This document shows positions 1 to 12,289 of a DNA stretch of 64,000 nucleotides, piece by piece. Under the pieces are notes generated by a model that was not told the DNA's origin, did no database searches, and was given only the letters and a program-made list of their open reading frames with translations. The stretch is from NCBI RefSeq assembly GCF_006345805.1, contig NC_043001.1, positions 112,840,001-112,904,000 on the forward strand. Reading direction: 5' to 3'. Numbering within the stretch: the first letter of the stretch is position 1; the number at the start of each line of letters is the position of its first letter. The translations under genes were made by a program, and so were the position numbers. Source of the stretch: Octopus sinensis. Taxonomy: Eukaryota.

Positions 1-161
1 ACAGGCTTCTTTCAGTTTCCGTCTACCAAATTCACTCACAAGGCATTGGTTGGCCTGGGGCTATAGCAGAAGACACTTGCCCAAGATGCCACGCAGTGGG
101 ACTGAACCCGGAACCATGTGGTTGGTAAGCAAGCTACTTACCATACAGCCACTCCTGCGCC
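1..161 (-). mobile_element. SINE family A (tRNA-headed), 5' half, truncated by window edge
   Basis: Reverse complement of the family A head GGCGCAGGAGTGGCTGT.TGGTAAGTAGCTTGC...GGTTCAGTCCC (A/B-box-like) seen full length at 57358 and 60175. Confidence 0.9.
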
Positions 162-252
162 TGTGTAATAACTTTTCTTCTAAAGAAGAGTCAGACTGCT
201 ATTTCTCTTTTATAATTTCTACTTCACTTGCCTCTTTATATCTCTGGACAAA

Positions 253-686
253 TCATCATCATTATCATCATCATCGTTTAACGTCCGTTTTCCGCGCTAG
301 CATGGGTTGGACGGGTCGACTGGGTATCTGGAAAGCCAGAAGGCTGCACCAGGCTCCAGTGTGATCTGGCAGTGTTTCCACAGCTGGATGCCCTTCCTAA
401 CGCCAACCACTCCGCGAGTGTAGTGCGTGCTTTTTACGTGCCACCGGCACAGGTGCCAGGGGAGTCTGGCATCGGCCACGATCAGTTGGTGCTTTTTACG
501 TGCCACCGGCACAGGTGCCAGGGGAGTCTGGCATCGGCCATGATCAGTTGGTGCTTTTAACATGCCACCGGCATGGAAGCCAGCCAAGGCGGCGCTGGCA
601 TCGGCCACGTTCGGATGGTGCTTTTTATGTGCCACTGGCACTGGAGCCAGTCGAGGTGGCGCTGGCATCGGATGGTGCATTTTATC
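253..686 (-). mobile_element. SINE family D with (GAT)n tail and internal ~60-bp VNTR
   Basis: (CAT)n + CGTTTAACGTCCG...CTGGATGCCCTTCCTAACGCCAACC, then ~4-5 GTGCTTTTTACGTGCCACCGGCAC units; homologous to 35353, 38043, 51005, 54780. Confidence 0.85.
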
Positions 687-1451
687 CCTATAATAAATAA
701 ATAAATAAATAAATAAAATACACTATAATTAAAAATAAATATTTATAGATTTGATTTTAAAATTTATCAAAAAATATTATATACAAATATTCATTATACA
801 CTTGGCATTTGCTTACTAGAATGCTCTAAAGTTGTTTTTTTTTTATATATATATATTTTCTTTTCACTCTACATTCTATTTCAACCATTTCCTGAAGATT
901 TCAGCTGAATGCTTTGGAAAATACCAACATTTACATTCTACTGAAACCATTTCTGTTCTTAACCCTTTTTACCTAATACTATCTTTTCCTGAGATTGTAA
1001 TTGTACGAATGCTTTTAACAGAAATGGCTTTTGTTTTAAAACCTACATTTGCCCTGTTCTTTGACATGAATTTTTGTTTTTTGCTTTTCCATCAAACATT
1101 TTACTTTCTGTAAAAAGTGTGCAAGACCTTACCAAATTCTTTTATCTTGCTAGAAGTATGTTTTTAAATTTGGCTAATTGTATTGACCCAAATATATAAT
1201 TTTGGTATAGTCACAGCTTAACAATTGTTTTCGTTCAAGGACCCCATTATGAACATTATTCACCTCAGTGATAGATGCTTTTGGCTGAAAGAGTATTTCT
1301 TAATTGCAGATATATACAAACAAAATGTTTGTGTTAACTTACAAAAATAGTCATTTCTTTGTAAATTAAACTATATATAAAATCACTATAAAGATGTAAA
1401 TATTAAGCTATAAAGGCTGCCAAAAATTAACTTCAATAAGATTATACTTTA

Positions 1452-1851
1452 CTAGCAGGATTGCCCGGCGTTGCTCGGGTTTGTAAGGGAAATAACTATA
1501 TAAGCATTTTTAGAGAGTTATAGCCCAAAAATAGCAAAAAAATGCATTAAAAATGGAAAAAAAATGATGGTAAATTTATTTTTTAAATCGTTGACTCATC
1601 GTAGACATTTTTAGAGAGTTACTTCCCTTATATAATAGCGTAAAAAATGCATTAAAACGGAAAAAAATGATGGTAAATTTTTTTTTAAATCGTAGACTCA
1701 TCGTAGACGCGCGCTAATAGCCAGAAGGGCTCGATATGAATCACGACTATAAGATACCCGGTTCTGGTTAAACTGCACCGCAAAATGTGGGAGTAGTTAG
1801 GAATCTAAATCGTAGGAGACAGACACACAACTTCACTTTTATATATAAAGA
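1452..1851 (-). mobile_element. Non-autonomous Helitron (400 bp)
   Basis: Minus strand begins TC(TTTATATATAAAAG) and ends CTAG, preceded by the GC hairpin CCCGAGCAACGCCGGG; inserted between A and T with no TSD; internal ~100-bp tandem duplication at ~1506-1710. Confidence 0.85.
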
Positions 1852-2430
1852 TTTATATAAAAAAAAATTCATTAGAATTATAAAATATAGAGGAAGTTTG
1901 AATAAATTTTGGAAAATCAAAATCTGTGACAGCTCAAAAAATCTTAGTCAAAATAACTGTAAAGATCAACATTTTTCTGTGTTTGTATATTTGTGGAATT
2001 GACAATATTAAAGGAACATTGTCAGGTCACTTAAATTAAGAACTCAAAGCAAGAAGTATGGTAATTAAGACTTTTAATCCTTATCTGTGAATCTGACAAT
2101 ATATTTAGTTTCGCTTGAAGGCTTTGTCAAAATAGTAAACTGAACAGTTACTGACATCTTTACAATCAAATAATTACTATTAATTCTGTCATAGTAACAC
2201 CTGTAGGTGGTGTAAATTGGTCTAAAAGTGTTTGAGCATCTGACAAAAAATGTCTGCGGTACATATTTACTGTTCAGTTTATGTTCTAAGGTTAACTTTG
2301 CCTTTCATCATTCTATCATTGATAAACTAATACACCAGTCATGTACCCGAGAGTTGATTCAACATTTGTGAATAGAATTATACCTGTAGACTCAGTCTAA
2401 ACAGCTCAAAGATACTGTGAATGAATGAAT

Positions 2431-3164
2431 TCTTTCATTCTTTTACTTGCGGCCATGCTGGAGCATCACCTTGAAGGGTTTTAGTCGAAACAAATCAACC
2501 CCCAGGACTTTTTCTTTTTTAAGATTAATACTTATTATATTGGTCTCTTTTGCTGAACCACAAAGTTTCAAGGATGTAAACACACCAACACCAGTTGTCA
2601 AATAGCGATGGTGGGGGAACAAAAACAGACACAAACACATACACATACAGTGGTGAGAAGCTTGCCTCCCAACCACATGGTTCCGGGTTCAGTCCCACTG
2701 CGTGGTACCTTGGGCAAGTGTCTTCTACTATAGCCTCAGGCCAGCTAAGCTGTGTGTGTGTGGATTTGGTAGAAGGAAACTGAAAGAAGCCCATCGTAAT
2801 ATATATATATATATATATGTGTGTTTGTGTGTGTGTGTATGTGTGTATTTGTGTCTGATTGTTGGTGTGTTTACGCCCCCATAACTTAGCGGTTTGGCAA
2901 AAGACACCGATAGAATAAGTACTACGCTTACAAAGATTTGTTTCACTGAAGACTGTGCTCCAGCATGGCCGCAGTCAAAGACTGAAACAAGTAAAAGAAT
3001 ATTTGTATATACAGTGGGCTTCTTTCAGTTTCCGTCTTCCAAATCCCCTCACAAGGCTTTTAATCAGTCCAAGGGTATTGCAGAAGACACTTGCTCAAGG
3101 TGCCACGCAGTGGAACTGAACCAAGAACCATGTGGTTGGGAAGCAAGCTTGTTACCACACAGCC
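2431..3164. mobile_element. Nested family A SINEs: plus copy (2650-3000) inside a minus copy (2431-2648 and 3012-3164)
   Basis: Minus-strand 3' half, then a plus-strand copy, then the minus-strand 5' half; the break lies in the central (CA/TA)n tract. Confidence 0.75.
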
Positions 3165-3169
3165 AAATA

Positions 3170-4035
3170 CTTTCTTATTTTAGGCATCAGGACCAGGAAT
3201 TTTTGATGGGAGGGGGCCATTTGATTACATTGAACCTTGTACTTGACTGTCACTTTTTCTTATTGACACCAAAACTATGAAAGGCAAAGTTGACCTTTGC
3301 AGGATTTGACCTTAGAATGTAAAGAGCTGAAAATATGTCACAAAGCGTTTTGTCCAAAGTGCTAACTATTCTGTCAGCTTGCACCTTAATAATTCTTTCT
3401 ACTACAAGCACAAAGCCTGAAATTTTTGAGGAGGTGGCTAATCGATTGCATCGACCCCAGTGCGTAACTGGTACTTATTTCATCGACTCCTAAAGGATGA
3501 AAGGTAAAGTTGACCTCTACAGAATTTGAACTCAAAAATTGTAGTGACAGATAAAATACCTATTTCTTTACTACCCACAAGGGGCTAAACACAGAGGGGA
3601 CAAACTAGGACAGACAAACAGATTAAGTCGATTATATCGACCCAGTACGGAACTGGTACTTATTTAATCGACCCCGAAAGGATGAAAGGCAAAGTCGACC
3701 TCGGCGGAATTTGAACTCAAAACGTAGCGGCAGACGAAATACCACTTAGCATTTCGCCTGGTGTGCTAACGATTCTGCCAGCTCACCTTGGCTCCTTAAT
3801 AATTATGGTAATTCTTTGTCCTGTAGGTTCCAGGCCTGAAATTTTGGGGGAGAGGAGCCAAGTTGATTACATAATCTCCAGTACTTGGGTGATCCTTTAT
3901 CTTATTAACCATAAAAGGATGAACGCCAATATCAGCCTTGGTGGAATTTGAGCTCAGAATGTAAAGAGCTGAAAAAAAAAAAAAAGCCGTCACTAAGCAT
4001 TTTTCTGATGCTCTAACGATTTAAATCCAGCATCT
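3170..4035 (-). mobile_element. Head-to-tail cluster of ~4 family B SINEs
   Basis: GAAAGGCAAAGT(T/C)GACCT...GAATTTGA core at ~3280, ~3500, ~3685 and degenerate at ~3920; best-preserved copy 3560-3790. Confidence 0.8.
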
Positions 4036-4173
4036 TATAGTCACCATTAGAACTCACTCCAAGTCACTGGAATGGCTCAGGATAGTCTGATAAGCTTGTC
4101 TGATATGCAATTATTACATAACGAGTCGTTCTTTCTTTAAAGTCTTTTGTTTCCATTGTCAGTAGCGTAAATG

Positions 4174-4563
4174 TGGAGGCGCAATGGCCCAGTGGTTAGG
4201 GCAGCGGACTCGCGGTCATAGGATCGCGGTTTCGATTCCCAGACCGGGCGTTGTGAGTGTTTATTGAGCGAAAACACCTAAAAGCTCCACGAGGCTCTGG
4301 CAGGGGATGGTGGTGAACCCTGCTGTACTCTTTCACCACAACTTTCTCTCACTCTTACTTCCTGTTTCTGTTGTACCTGTATTTCAAAGAGCCGGCCTTG
4401 TCACTCTCTGTGTCACGCTGAATATCCCCGAAAACTACGTTAAGGGTACACGTGTCTGTGGAGTGATCAGCCACTTACACGTTAATTTCACGAGCAGGCT
4501 GTTCCGTTGATTCGGATCAACTGGAACCCTCATCGTCGTAACCGACGGGGTGCTTCCATCCAA
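4174..4563 (+). mobile_element. SINE family C (tRNA-derived), full length, tail type 1
   Basis: A box TGGCCCAGTGG, B box GTTTCGATTCC; near-TSD TAGCGTAAATG/TAGTGTAAATG; highly similar to 45154-45540. Confidence 0.9.
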
Positions 4564-4830
4564 TAGTGTAAATGCTGCTTCTTTGTTCATATAAACTAAT
4601 TATGTCTAATATAACGTGTGATTCATCCACTTTCTGTCTCTTTCCTACCTGCACTCATTTGGAGGTGTATCTTAAAGAAAAAGTACTCAAGAAATGATAT
4701 GGTTTGTTTATTTAACTGTTTAAAGCTGATGATTCATTCGGACAGTACCCGTAGTTTCTTGTTAAGTGTGATCCTTCCATCGTTTTGCTGCCCTAAGGAT
4801 CAATCATGTGGAGTGGAAGACTCTTGACTT

Positions 4831-4869
<39 letters not shown>

Positions 4870-4899
4870 ATTTTTTCTCTCCTTGTTTTTTCTGTATAC

Positions 4900-4935
4900 C
4901 TTTCTGTAGAAGAGCGTAGGCTCGAAACGTAAAAG
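4900..4935 (+). ncRNA. Hammerhead-like motif with variant core (CUGUAGA) in a short interspersed repeat (4869-5007)
   Basis: CTTT-CTGTAGA-A-GAGC(GTAG)GCTC-GAAA-CG-TA-AAAG: stem I, stem II and palindromic stem III (ACGT) present; core A6 replaced by U. Confidence 0.5.
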
Positions 4936-5234
4936 ACATTTTCTATTCCTGAGCGCTATACTAATACATTTGTTTGTACTCCACCTACCTTCATCTTTTG
5001 TTTATTTAAGCTGACAGAATAGTTGATATTCGTTATAGTTGACAGTAGTTGATATATCCGAAAAAGAAGCTCAGTCTAAAACATTAGAGCAATAATAATA
5101 TTTTTAGACGGTTGATTAGTATGACTGGTCAGAGAAAGACCAATAGTTTTGCACCTATAAAGCGCTTAGCTGTATAGGTGACTGAGACTCAGATGGAGGC
5201 CATTTGAGTTTGACAAGTCGCCTATACTTTATAG

Positions 5235-5453
5235 CAGTGGTTTTCAACCAGGGTTCCGCGGAACCTAAGGGTTCTGCCAGTACAGTCCAGGGGTTCCGCA
5301 AGAAGTTACAAAACTGCTAAAATCGGCAGTAATTTTTAATTCTCCTGTGCAGATATGTGTGCATAAGACTATTAAATTATTGCACAGGGGTTCCTCGAGC
5401 CAGTGGAATGTTTCCTTGGGGTTCCGCTCCAGCAAAATGTTTGAAAAGCACTG
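5235..5453. mobile_element. hAT-superfamily MITE (219 bp)
   Basis: TIRs CAGTGGTTTTCAACC / GTTTGAAAAGCACTG; perfect 8-bp TSD CTTTATAG at 5227-5234 and 5454-5461. Confidence 0.92.
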
Positions 5454-6957
5454 CTTTATAGGTATGAAACCAGTGGTCACTCTCTGACCGGCCATAAGAA
5501 TTTGCCTTATATATGTCTATATAGTGCGTGTGTTTGTGAGGGGAAACATTAAAGAGTACTCAATGCATCAAGCAGAGTTTTAAAACACATTATTGTTTAA
5601 CTATTTTTAGGAGATCTCGCAATCACCAGTTGGCATATTCAACTAAAAATGCTTTGAATTCGCCATATGATGAATGCTTCTCCAGCGCGAAACTTAAAGC
5701 GGATAAGTCGCTCTTGAGCAATCACCGTAATATATACAATGTTATACTATTTTGTGGTATATTTATCTTGTTATGCGTGTATATTATCTTAGACATCTGA
5801 ACACAAGAACACAAGTTGTCCCATAAGTAAGGCGGTAGTTAAATATATTTGGTATTGGAACATATTATCGAAGTTATAGTGTGTGTTGTGCGCACGCTTT
5901 TAATTGCGTATGTACAAAATACTGCACCATGTCTCCATGTGTATGTATTTATACAAACAAACGTACGTATACATATATACTCGGAAACAGTACTTGAACT
6001 GTGAGGAATTCGTGTTTAATTCAAGACAGCAGATAAAGTGCCAAAATATGAATGAATGAATGAAAGTATGAATGAACTTGATATAGCTGTAAGAATGATG
6101 GTGGTGGTAATAGTCCAAGGTGTGATAGAAGCAGACTGATACTAGTATATTAGAACAGCTGGCCAGTCACCAACACAAGCATCACCAATGCCATTATTAA
6201 ATAGTAAACTTCACCTTGACAACGAGGGACTCTGTATGTGGTTGTTCAGTCTGTTAGAAATAGCAGTCGAATTTCCTTCAACTGCTGCTTTATTATATAA
6301 GCAAACACACTTAAGATAATGTACTCTGATCGTAACTGGAATACCATCGTACACATTTCTACTCGTTCAAAGATGAGCCGGGGGTTAAACAACAACAACC
6401 TCAAGCTGTACATTATCATAATCGACTTGCTGATCCTTGCTTTCGTCCTTTTTAGCATCCATAATTGTCGATAAGGTAATAAGGGGCCGACAAATTGTGA
6501 TATTGCAGAAACACTCCGACTCATGCCTGCTTCTCGGACTATCAGCATCTTTGCTATTCTTCCTAACGCTTACTCAACTGACAGACATGTGTGTCTACAT
6601 AATTGCCTTCAAATAAAATACACCTTTGGAACTATAAACTATACCTTTATAGCCTTCCTCTCTTGTGTCCCTTCGTCTCATCAAACCTATTTCTGCAACA
6701 GCACTCACCTCAACGCACACGTTTATCTACCTATCTCTGTTTACCCCACTCCACCCATCAAAAATATGTATAGTTGGTTGTGAGAAGACCAATTAGGCAA
6801 ATTTGGTAGGATATACATTGTATTCCTTAAACTGGACAGCATTTAAATATCTATCTGTATATTTGGAAAATCTGACACGCACACTCATACACCTGTATTT
6901 ATGTGTGTGTATGTATATGTATATATCTATATCTATCTATCTATCTATCTCTATATC

Positions 6958-6991
<34 letters not shown>

Positions 6992-8379
6992 TTTGTATCT
7001 ATTAGCATTGTATAACCGTGTGTCTGTGTGGGAGATATGCACTGTACGGAGCTGGAAAGACCATGGTTCAAACGAAGATTCTACACACGTGTTGGATCGT
7101 GGGGATGATTTTTTTAGTAGCAAAAGACCCTACGGAGAGTTCACCCAATACACAGGCCCTGTGGCTGAATGTGTGTGCGTGCGTGCGCGCGTGTATGCGA
7201 CCCCAGAATGGCCGCAGTCTGATGACTGAAACAAGTAAAATATATATATATATTGTATAGTAATTAAGGGTAAAACTAATTAATTACGAAGTAATCAATA
7301 AATTTCACCAAGTAGAATTCGGTATGAAAACAGGACCGTAAATTCTTTTGCTGAACCCTTTATTAGTATATATATTTTTGTGTACATGGATGTGTGCGTT
7401 TAGATATTGTGATTGTTTTACCATATTTGGGTTTAGTTGCATTTCATCATTAAATGTGCACACACGTGTAATAGATGTATGTATACACTGCTGCACATGT
7501 GTAGCTATGATGTTGGGTGTGAACGGGTGTGTACGAGTACTAAAGTTATAGTTTGTGTAGAATCTATATGTACAGAAAACAAGGTCGTTTAATAAGTGCG
7601 CGCTTGTGTGTATATATATATATATATACACGTGTGTGAATGTGTTTGTGTGCAGAGAATGGTTGTAATGAATGTCGGACATGTAACATTTTCGTAGTTA
7701 TTAAGGGATTGGAAAGAAATGTATGTATATTGCGCTAATTTTATACTTGAGGTGTGTCTGTGTGTGAGTTCCTAAATTTATTTAAATGTACATATACAGT
7801 GTGTGTGTAGCGTGCAAATAAACGTGTGTGCACGTATATATGTAAATATATATATATATATAGATATTCACAATCATAACTATGCATGTTTCTCGCACTC
7901 TAAGTGTAATTAGTATGCGCGCGCGTATGCATATATATATATATATATACGCGCGTGTGTGTATATATGCACACACACGCACATGCGAAAGGATTTGCAT
8001 GTTGTCAGTGAAGGATTTGGCGTGTTGGCGAATTATCGGTGTTGGTAAAAAGAAAGACAGCTCTTGCAATGTCCACCAGTCCATACCAACCAACTTTAGT
8101 AGAACTATCAACACTGGTTGAACACGTAGTAATAGTTGTAGTATATTATTAGCTGTAGAGGTAGCCGAGAAGTATTATTTATTTATTATTATTATTAGGA
8201 GTAGTAATAATAATGGTATTTTGGTTCCGCACCGACTACTGTGTTACATTGGCAGCAGGAAGAATATTTGTTATGCAGTTGATTTGCAGTGGAAGGTCAG
8301 CAGTAGTGCAGCAGTAGTGGTAGTAGTAGTAGCTGTTTTAATTGCATTAGTAGTAGATCGTAGTAATTGGTGTTCTTTA

Positions 8380-9070
8380 ACCGCAGGTCAGCCCTAATCG
8401 AGTAAACTATGATTAAAAAAAAAAGTTTTTTTTTCCCTGTCGTAACTAGCTTGTCTTGATTTTGAGATACAAATGCTTTTATAAATGCATCTTGGATTAC
8501 ATTATCTAACGTTCTTTCTTTTAAGCTGCAGGACGTGTTTTGAAGAAGCTTTAGTTGCTATGTTTAGCAGGTCGCATAATCATTTAGATGTTTCGTTAGT
8601 TGTTTCGAAGATGAAAAAAAAAAATTACCAAAATAATCGCTATTAATTAATAAGATAGTCTCTTTACACGCTGGGACACCGAAGACTTGTTTCAAACCCT
8701 AGTATTTTCTTAACACTACTTATAATAGACCCTTAGGAAAGACAAGACCTTCATAGTTCCCCATTTTCTTACCTCCTCCGTCCAGTCAAATAGAAACCAA
8801 GGAAAAGTTTGTCTATATTCTACTTTCTTTTAAGTTCAAATCCCGCCGAACTCCATTTGACAGGTTAATGTATCTTGGGTTGTTATATATCTCCAAGTCG
8901 TCCCTGATTTGGCAGAAGTGTGCTGTGAGATATTCCAGCCGTGACCATCACATCTTTGTGTATATCAGGGACTACATAGTCCAATGTATCTTTTATTTTA
9001 AATAAATTCAAGGGACGTTTCGCTGCTATTTTCAGCTGGTCGATCCATCACGTAGAGGTCCTCTCCGTCC
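8380..9070. repeat. Two degenerate copies of an old unclassified interspersed repeat
   Basis: Motifs CAGCCGTGACCAT, GGA(C/T)TACAT(T/A)(A/G)TC and GCTAT(G/T)T(T/C)TAGCAG recur at ~26720-26890, ~32110-32270 and ~55740-55885. Confidence 0.55.
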
Positions 9071-9919
9071 GGGTTGTCAAAATAAAGTACCTGCAATATA
9101 CTGTAATCAATTTAATCTTATATATTCACTCTCTATGGAAGAAATTGTGGTAGTGTTGTTTGTAGTAGCCACGTATTTCAATCACAGTGGTAATAAGTAA
9201 TTAAAAGTTTGGTGATTATTTGTGTTGATACATCATCGATCATTCACTCTCTCGTCTTGTCGGATTCGTTATTTAGCCACGACCCGTTACAATCTGCGTT
9301 CAAATCCCATCGTGGCCGACTTTGCTTTTCAGCCTCCCGGGATGGTCGGTCGATAAATTTACAAGTAGTGGAGTTTGTTTAGTTGATTTATATTTCTTGT
9401 AATGCATCCTAAATGTGAATAGAAATACTATATAGATAACGAACATGATCTTGGGACGTGAAAGAAAGTAGCAAACGACTTAATCAGATTTTTTCCATCC
9501 AAAAACCATTCCAGTGAGTTTGGCAGTTTTTCACAGTTCAAGCCGTTCGTTCGTCCGTTCTCTGCTTCTTAATGTTTTCTTTCTTCTTGCTTTTACTTGG
9601 CTGTCAAAGTTTGGGCATGGAAGGAAATGGGTTAATATCTTGTTTATGCTTCGGGGCTGCTTTGCCGCGCATGGTGTGTCCTCTCACAGTAGCACCTACC
9701 ACTGATGGTCACGAGAAGTCGGTCCTTTTTCCCGTCAAGACAAGTCACCTTTATCTCTTTCGACATTACTACTCTTACTGTTGTTATATGATATAGGTGT
9801 GTCTCTCCTTTCTTCAGTCATTCGCTTATTAAATATAGGTAGGATGTCGGAGGCAGATGGACAAGTAATAACGGCAGCAGCACCGACTGCTGCTGATGTA
9901 GCAGAAGTAGCAGCAGTAG

Positions 9920-10195
9920 TAGAAATGATAGAACAGGAGTAGTAGTCGTCGTAGCAGTAGTAGTAGTAGTAGTAAAATTGATAGAACATGAATAGTAGTA
10001 GTAGAAGTGATAGAACAGGAGTAGTAGCAGTAGTAGTAATATAATTGACGATAGAACAGTAGTAGTAGTAGTAGTAAAATTGATAGAACATGAATAGTAG
10101 TAGTAGAAGTGATAGAACACTAGGCATAGAACAGTAGAAAATTGATAGAACAGTAGTAGTAGTAGTAGTAGTAATAGTAGATGATATAGAGAGAA
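9920..10195. repeat. Compound (TAG)n minisatellite punctuated by GATAGAACA
   Basis: About 7 GATAGAACA motifs between (AGT)n runs, including a block repeated at ~102-bp spacing. Confidence 0.85.
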
Positions 10196-10293
10196 ACACC
10201 AGTAAGTCCTAGTGTTTCTGATGTTACTAAAGACATACAATTGTTGCTTCTTGTAGTAGTAGTAGTAGCAGCAACAGATAACAATAGCTAGTG

Positions 10294-10327
<34 letters not shown>

Positions 10328-10339
10328 ATATATGTATGT

Positions 10340-10382
<43 letters not shown>

Positions 10383-10476
10383 ATCAATAATAATAAGTAG
10401 AAAGATAGCCAAAACTCTTTGACTGCTATTTCTAAATTCGGTCTGTGGTGAGGCAAATCGTTGCTAAACCCTTAAT

Positions 10477-10543
<67 letters not shown>

Positions 10544-10998
10544 TGTATATAACAGCAGTAGTAATAGTAGTAGCTTTTGTATAATACATGAAGTTGTTGG
10601 TAGAATTAGTAAGTTGTAGTAGTGATTGTTAGTCACAGAGGAGAACTTAGAATATAATTATATATTTTTTATTTTTTTATATACTCCTTAAATTCTTTCT
10701 TTCTTAACGTTTTTTCAAGCCTTTGCTTTCTTCTCTCTTAACCTCTTCTACACCTTTAACTCTTTCTTTTCCTCTTACCGCCCCTCTCTCTCTTTCCATT
10801 TACACCTTTTACTATTTTCTCTCTCTCTCTCTTTCTCTCTCATTCTTTTCTTTTCTTTTTTTTTTACTTCTCGTCTTTTCCTTTTACTATTCATTCCCTC
10901 TGTCATTCCCATCTTTTGTTTTTCTTCCTCAATTTCCCTACATTTCCTCCAAATATCCCCTTTCTTCCTCTCTCTCTCTCTTTCATACTCATACAATT

Positions 10999-11034
<36 letters not shown>

Positions 11035-11243
11035 ACTCTCTCCCTCTCACTGTTTCTCTTTCTCAACAGATAATCAGCCGGTCAGTCAGATAGGCTGCAT
11101 GCTCACACACACATACACACACACACACACACACATACACACACACACACACATACACACACACACACACTCACGAGTGCACGGACAAATACACAACAAC
11201 GAAGCATTCACACACACACACACAGAGTGATAGAGCATGCAAT

Positions 11244-11279
<36 letters not shown>

Positions 11280-11605
11280 GACTGACAGACAGACAGGCGG
11301 ACAGACTCACCACCGCCAGCCAAGCCAGCCAGCCAGCCAGCCAGCAGACAAACCCCTCATTGCCTGGATGGATGGACTGGTTCCTTCCTGGCTTTTCTCC
11401 CGTGTTTACCACCACCGCCGTCACCATTGTCAGGGAGTGAAAGAAAGGGGCAGAAGACGAAGAAGAACGTTAGAGAGGAAGAGAGAGAAACGTGGAGAAG
11501 GAGGAGGAAGAGGAGGAGGTGGTGGTGGTGGAGGGGAGAGAGAGTGAGAAGGAAGAGGAAAGAAGAAGAAAATGGGACAAGAAAAAAGGGACAGTTAAGT
11601 AGTGG

Positions 11606-11643
<38 letters not shown>

Positions 11644-11964
11644 TGAGAGAAGAAGAAGAAGCCAAAAAATAATGGTTAATAATAAAAGGAAGTCCAGTGT
11701 CACATGAATTGATGATGACAAGTTATAAGAGTTAAACGACCGAGCAAAAGCAACACATGGCACCACACTGTTGCTATTCTCCCGCACGCACACATACAAA
11801 TCCATCCATAGCACTCGCATGTACAAGCATTCACGTATATTACAAGAACCCCCGACAAACTGTGTACCTCCTCCGGCCCAGCAAACCAGCCAGCCAGCAA
11901 ACCAACCAGCCAGCCAGCCAGCTAACCGAACCAGGCAGTCAACCAAACCTTCCGTCGTCTCTCT

Positions 11965-12265
<301 letters not shown>

Positions 12266-12289
12266 ACGCATTTGTTATCTCTTCCAACT

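Noticed and set aside
425-686. Regularly spaced repeats resembling a CRISPR array (also 17640-17860)
   Set aside because: The spacers are homologous to one another, the context is a eukaryotic SINE or minisatellite, and there are no cas genes.
4175-4250. tRNA-like sequence (also at 34043 and 45155)
   Set aside because: It is the head of a SINE continuing into body, tail and TSDs; no proper acceptor stem, so not a tRNA gene.
6246-6548. 100-aa minus-strand ORF MLIVREAG...
   Set aside because: No recognisable motif; the overlapping short frame looks at least as plausible and neither is supported enough to call a CDS.
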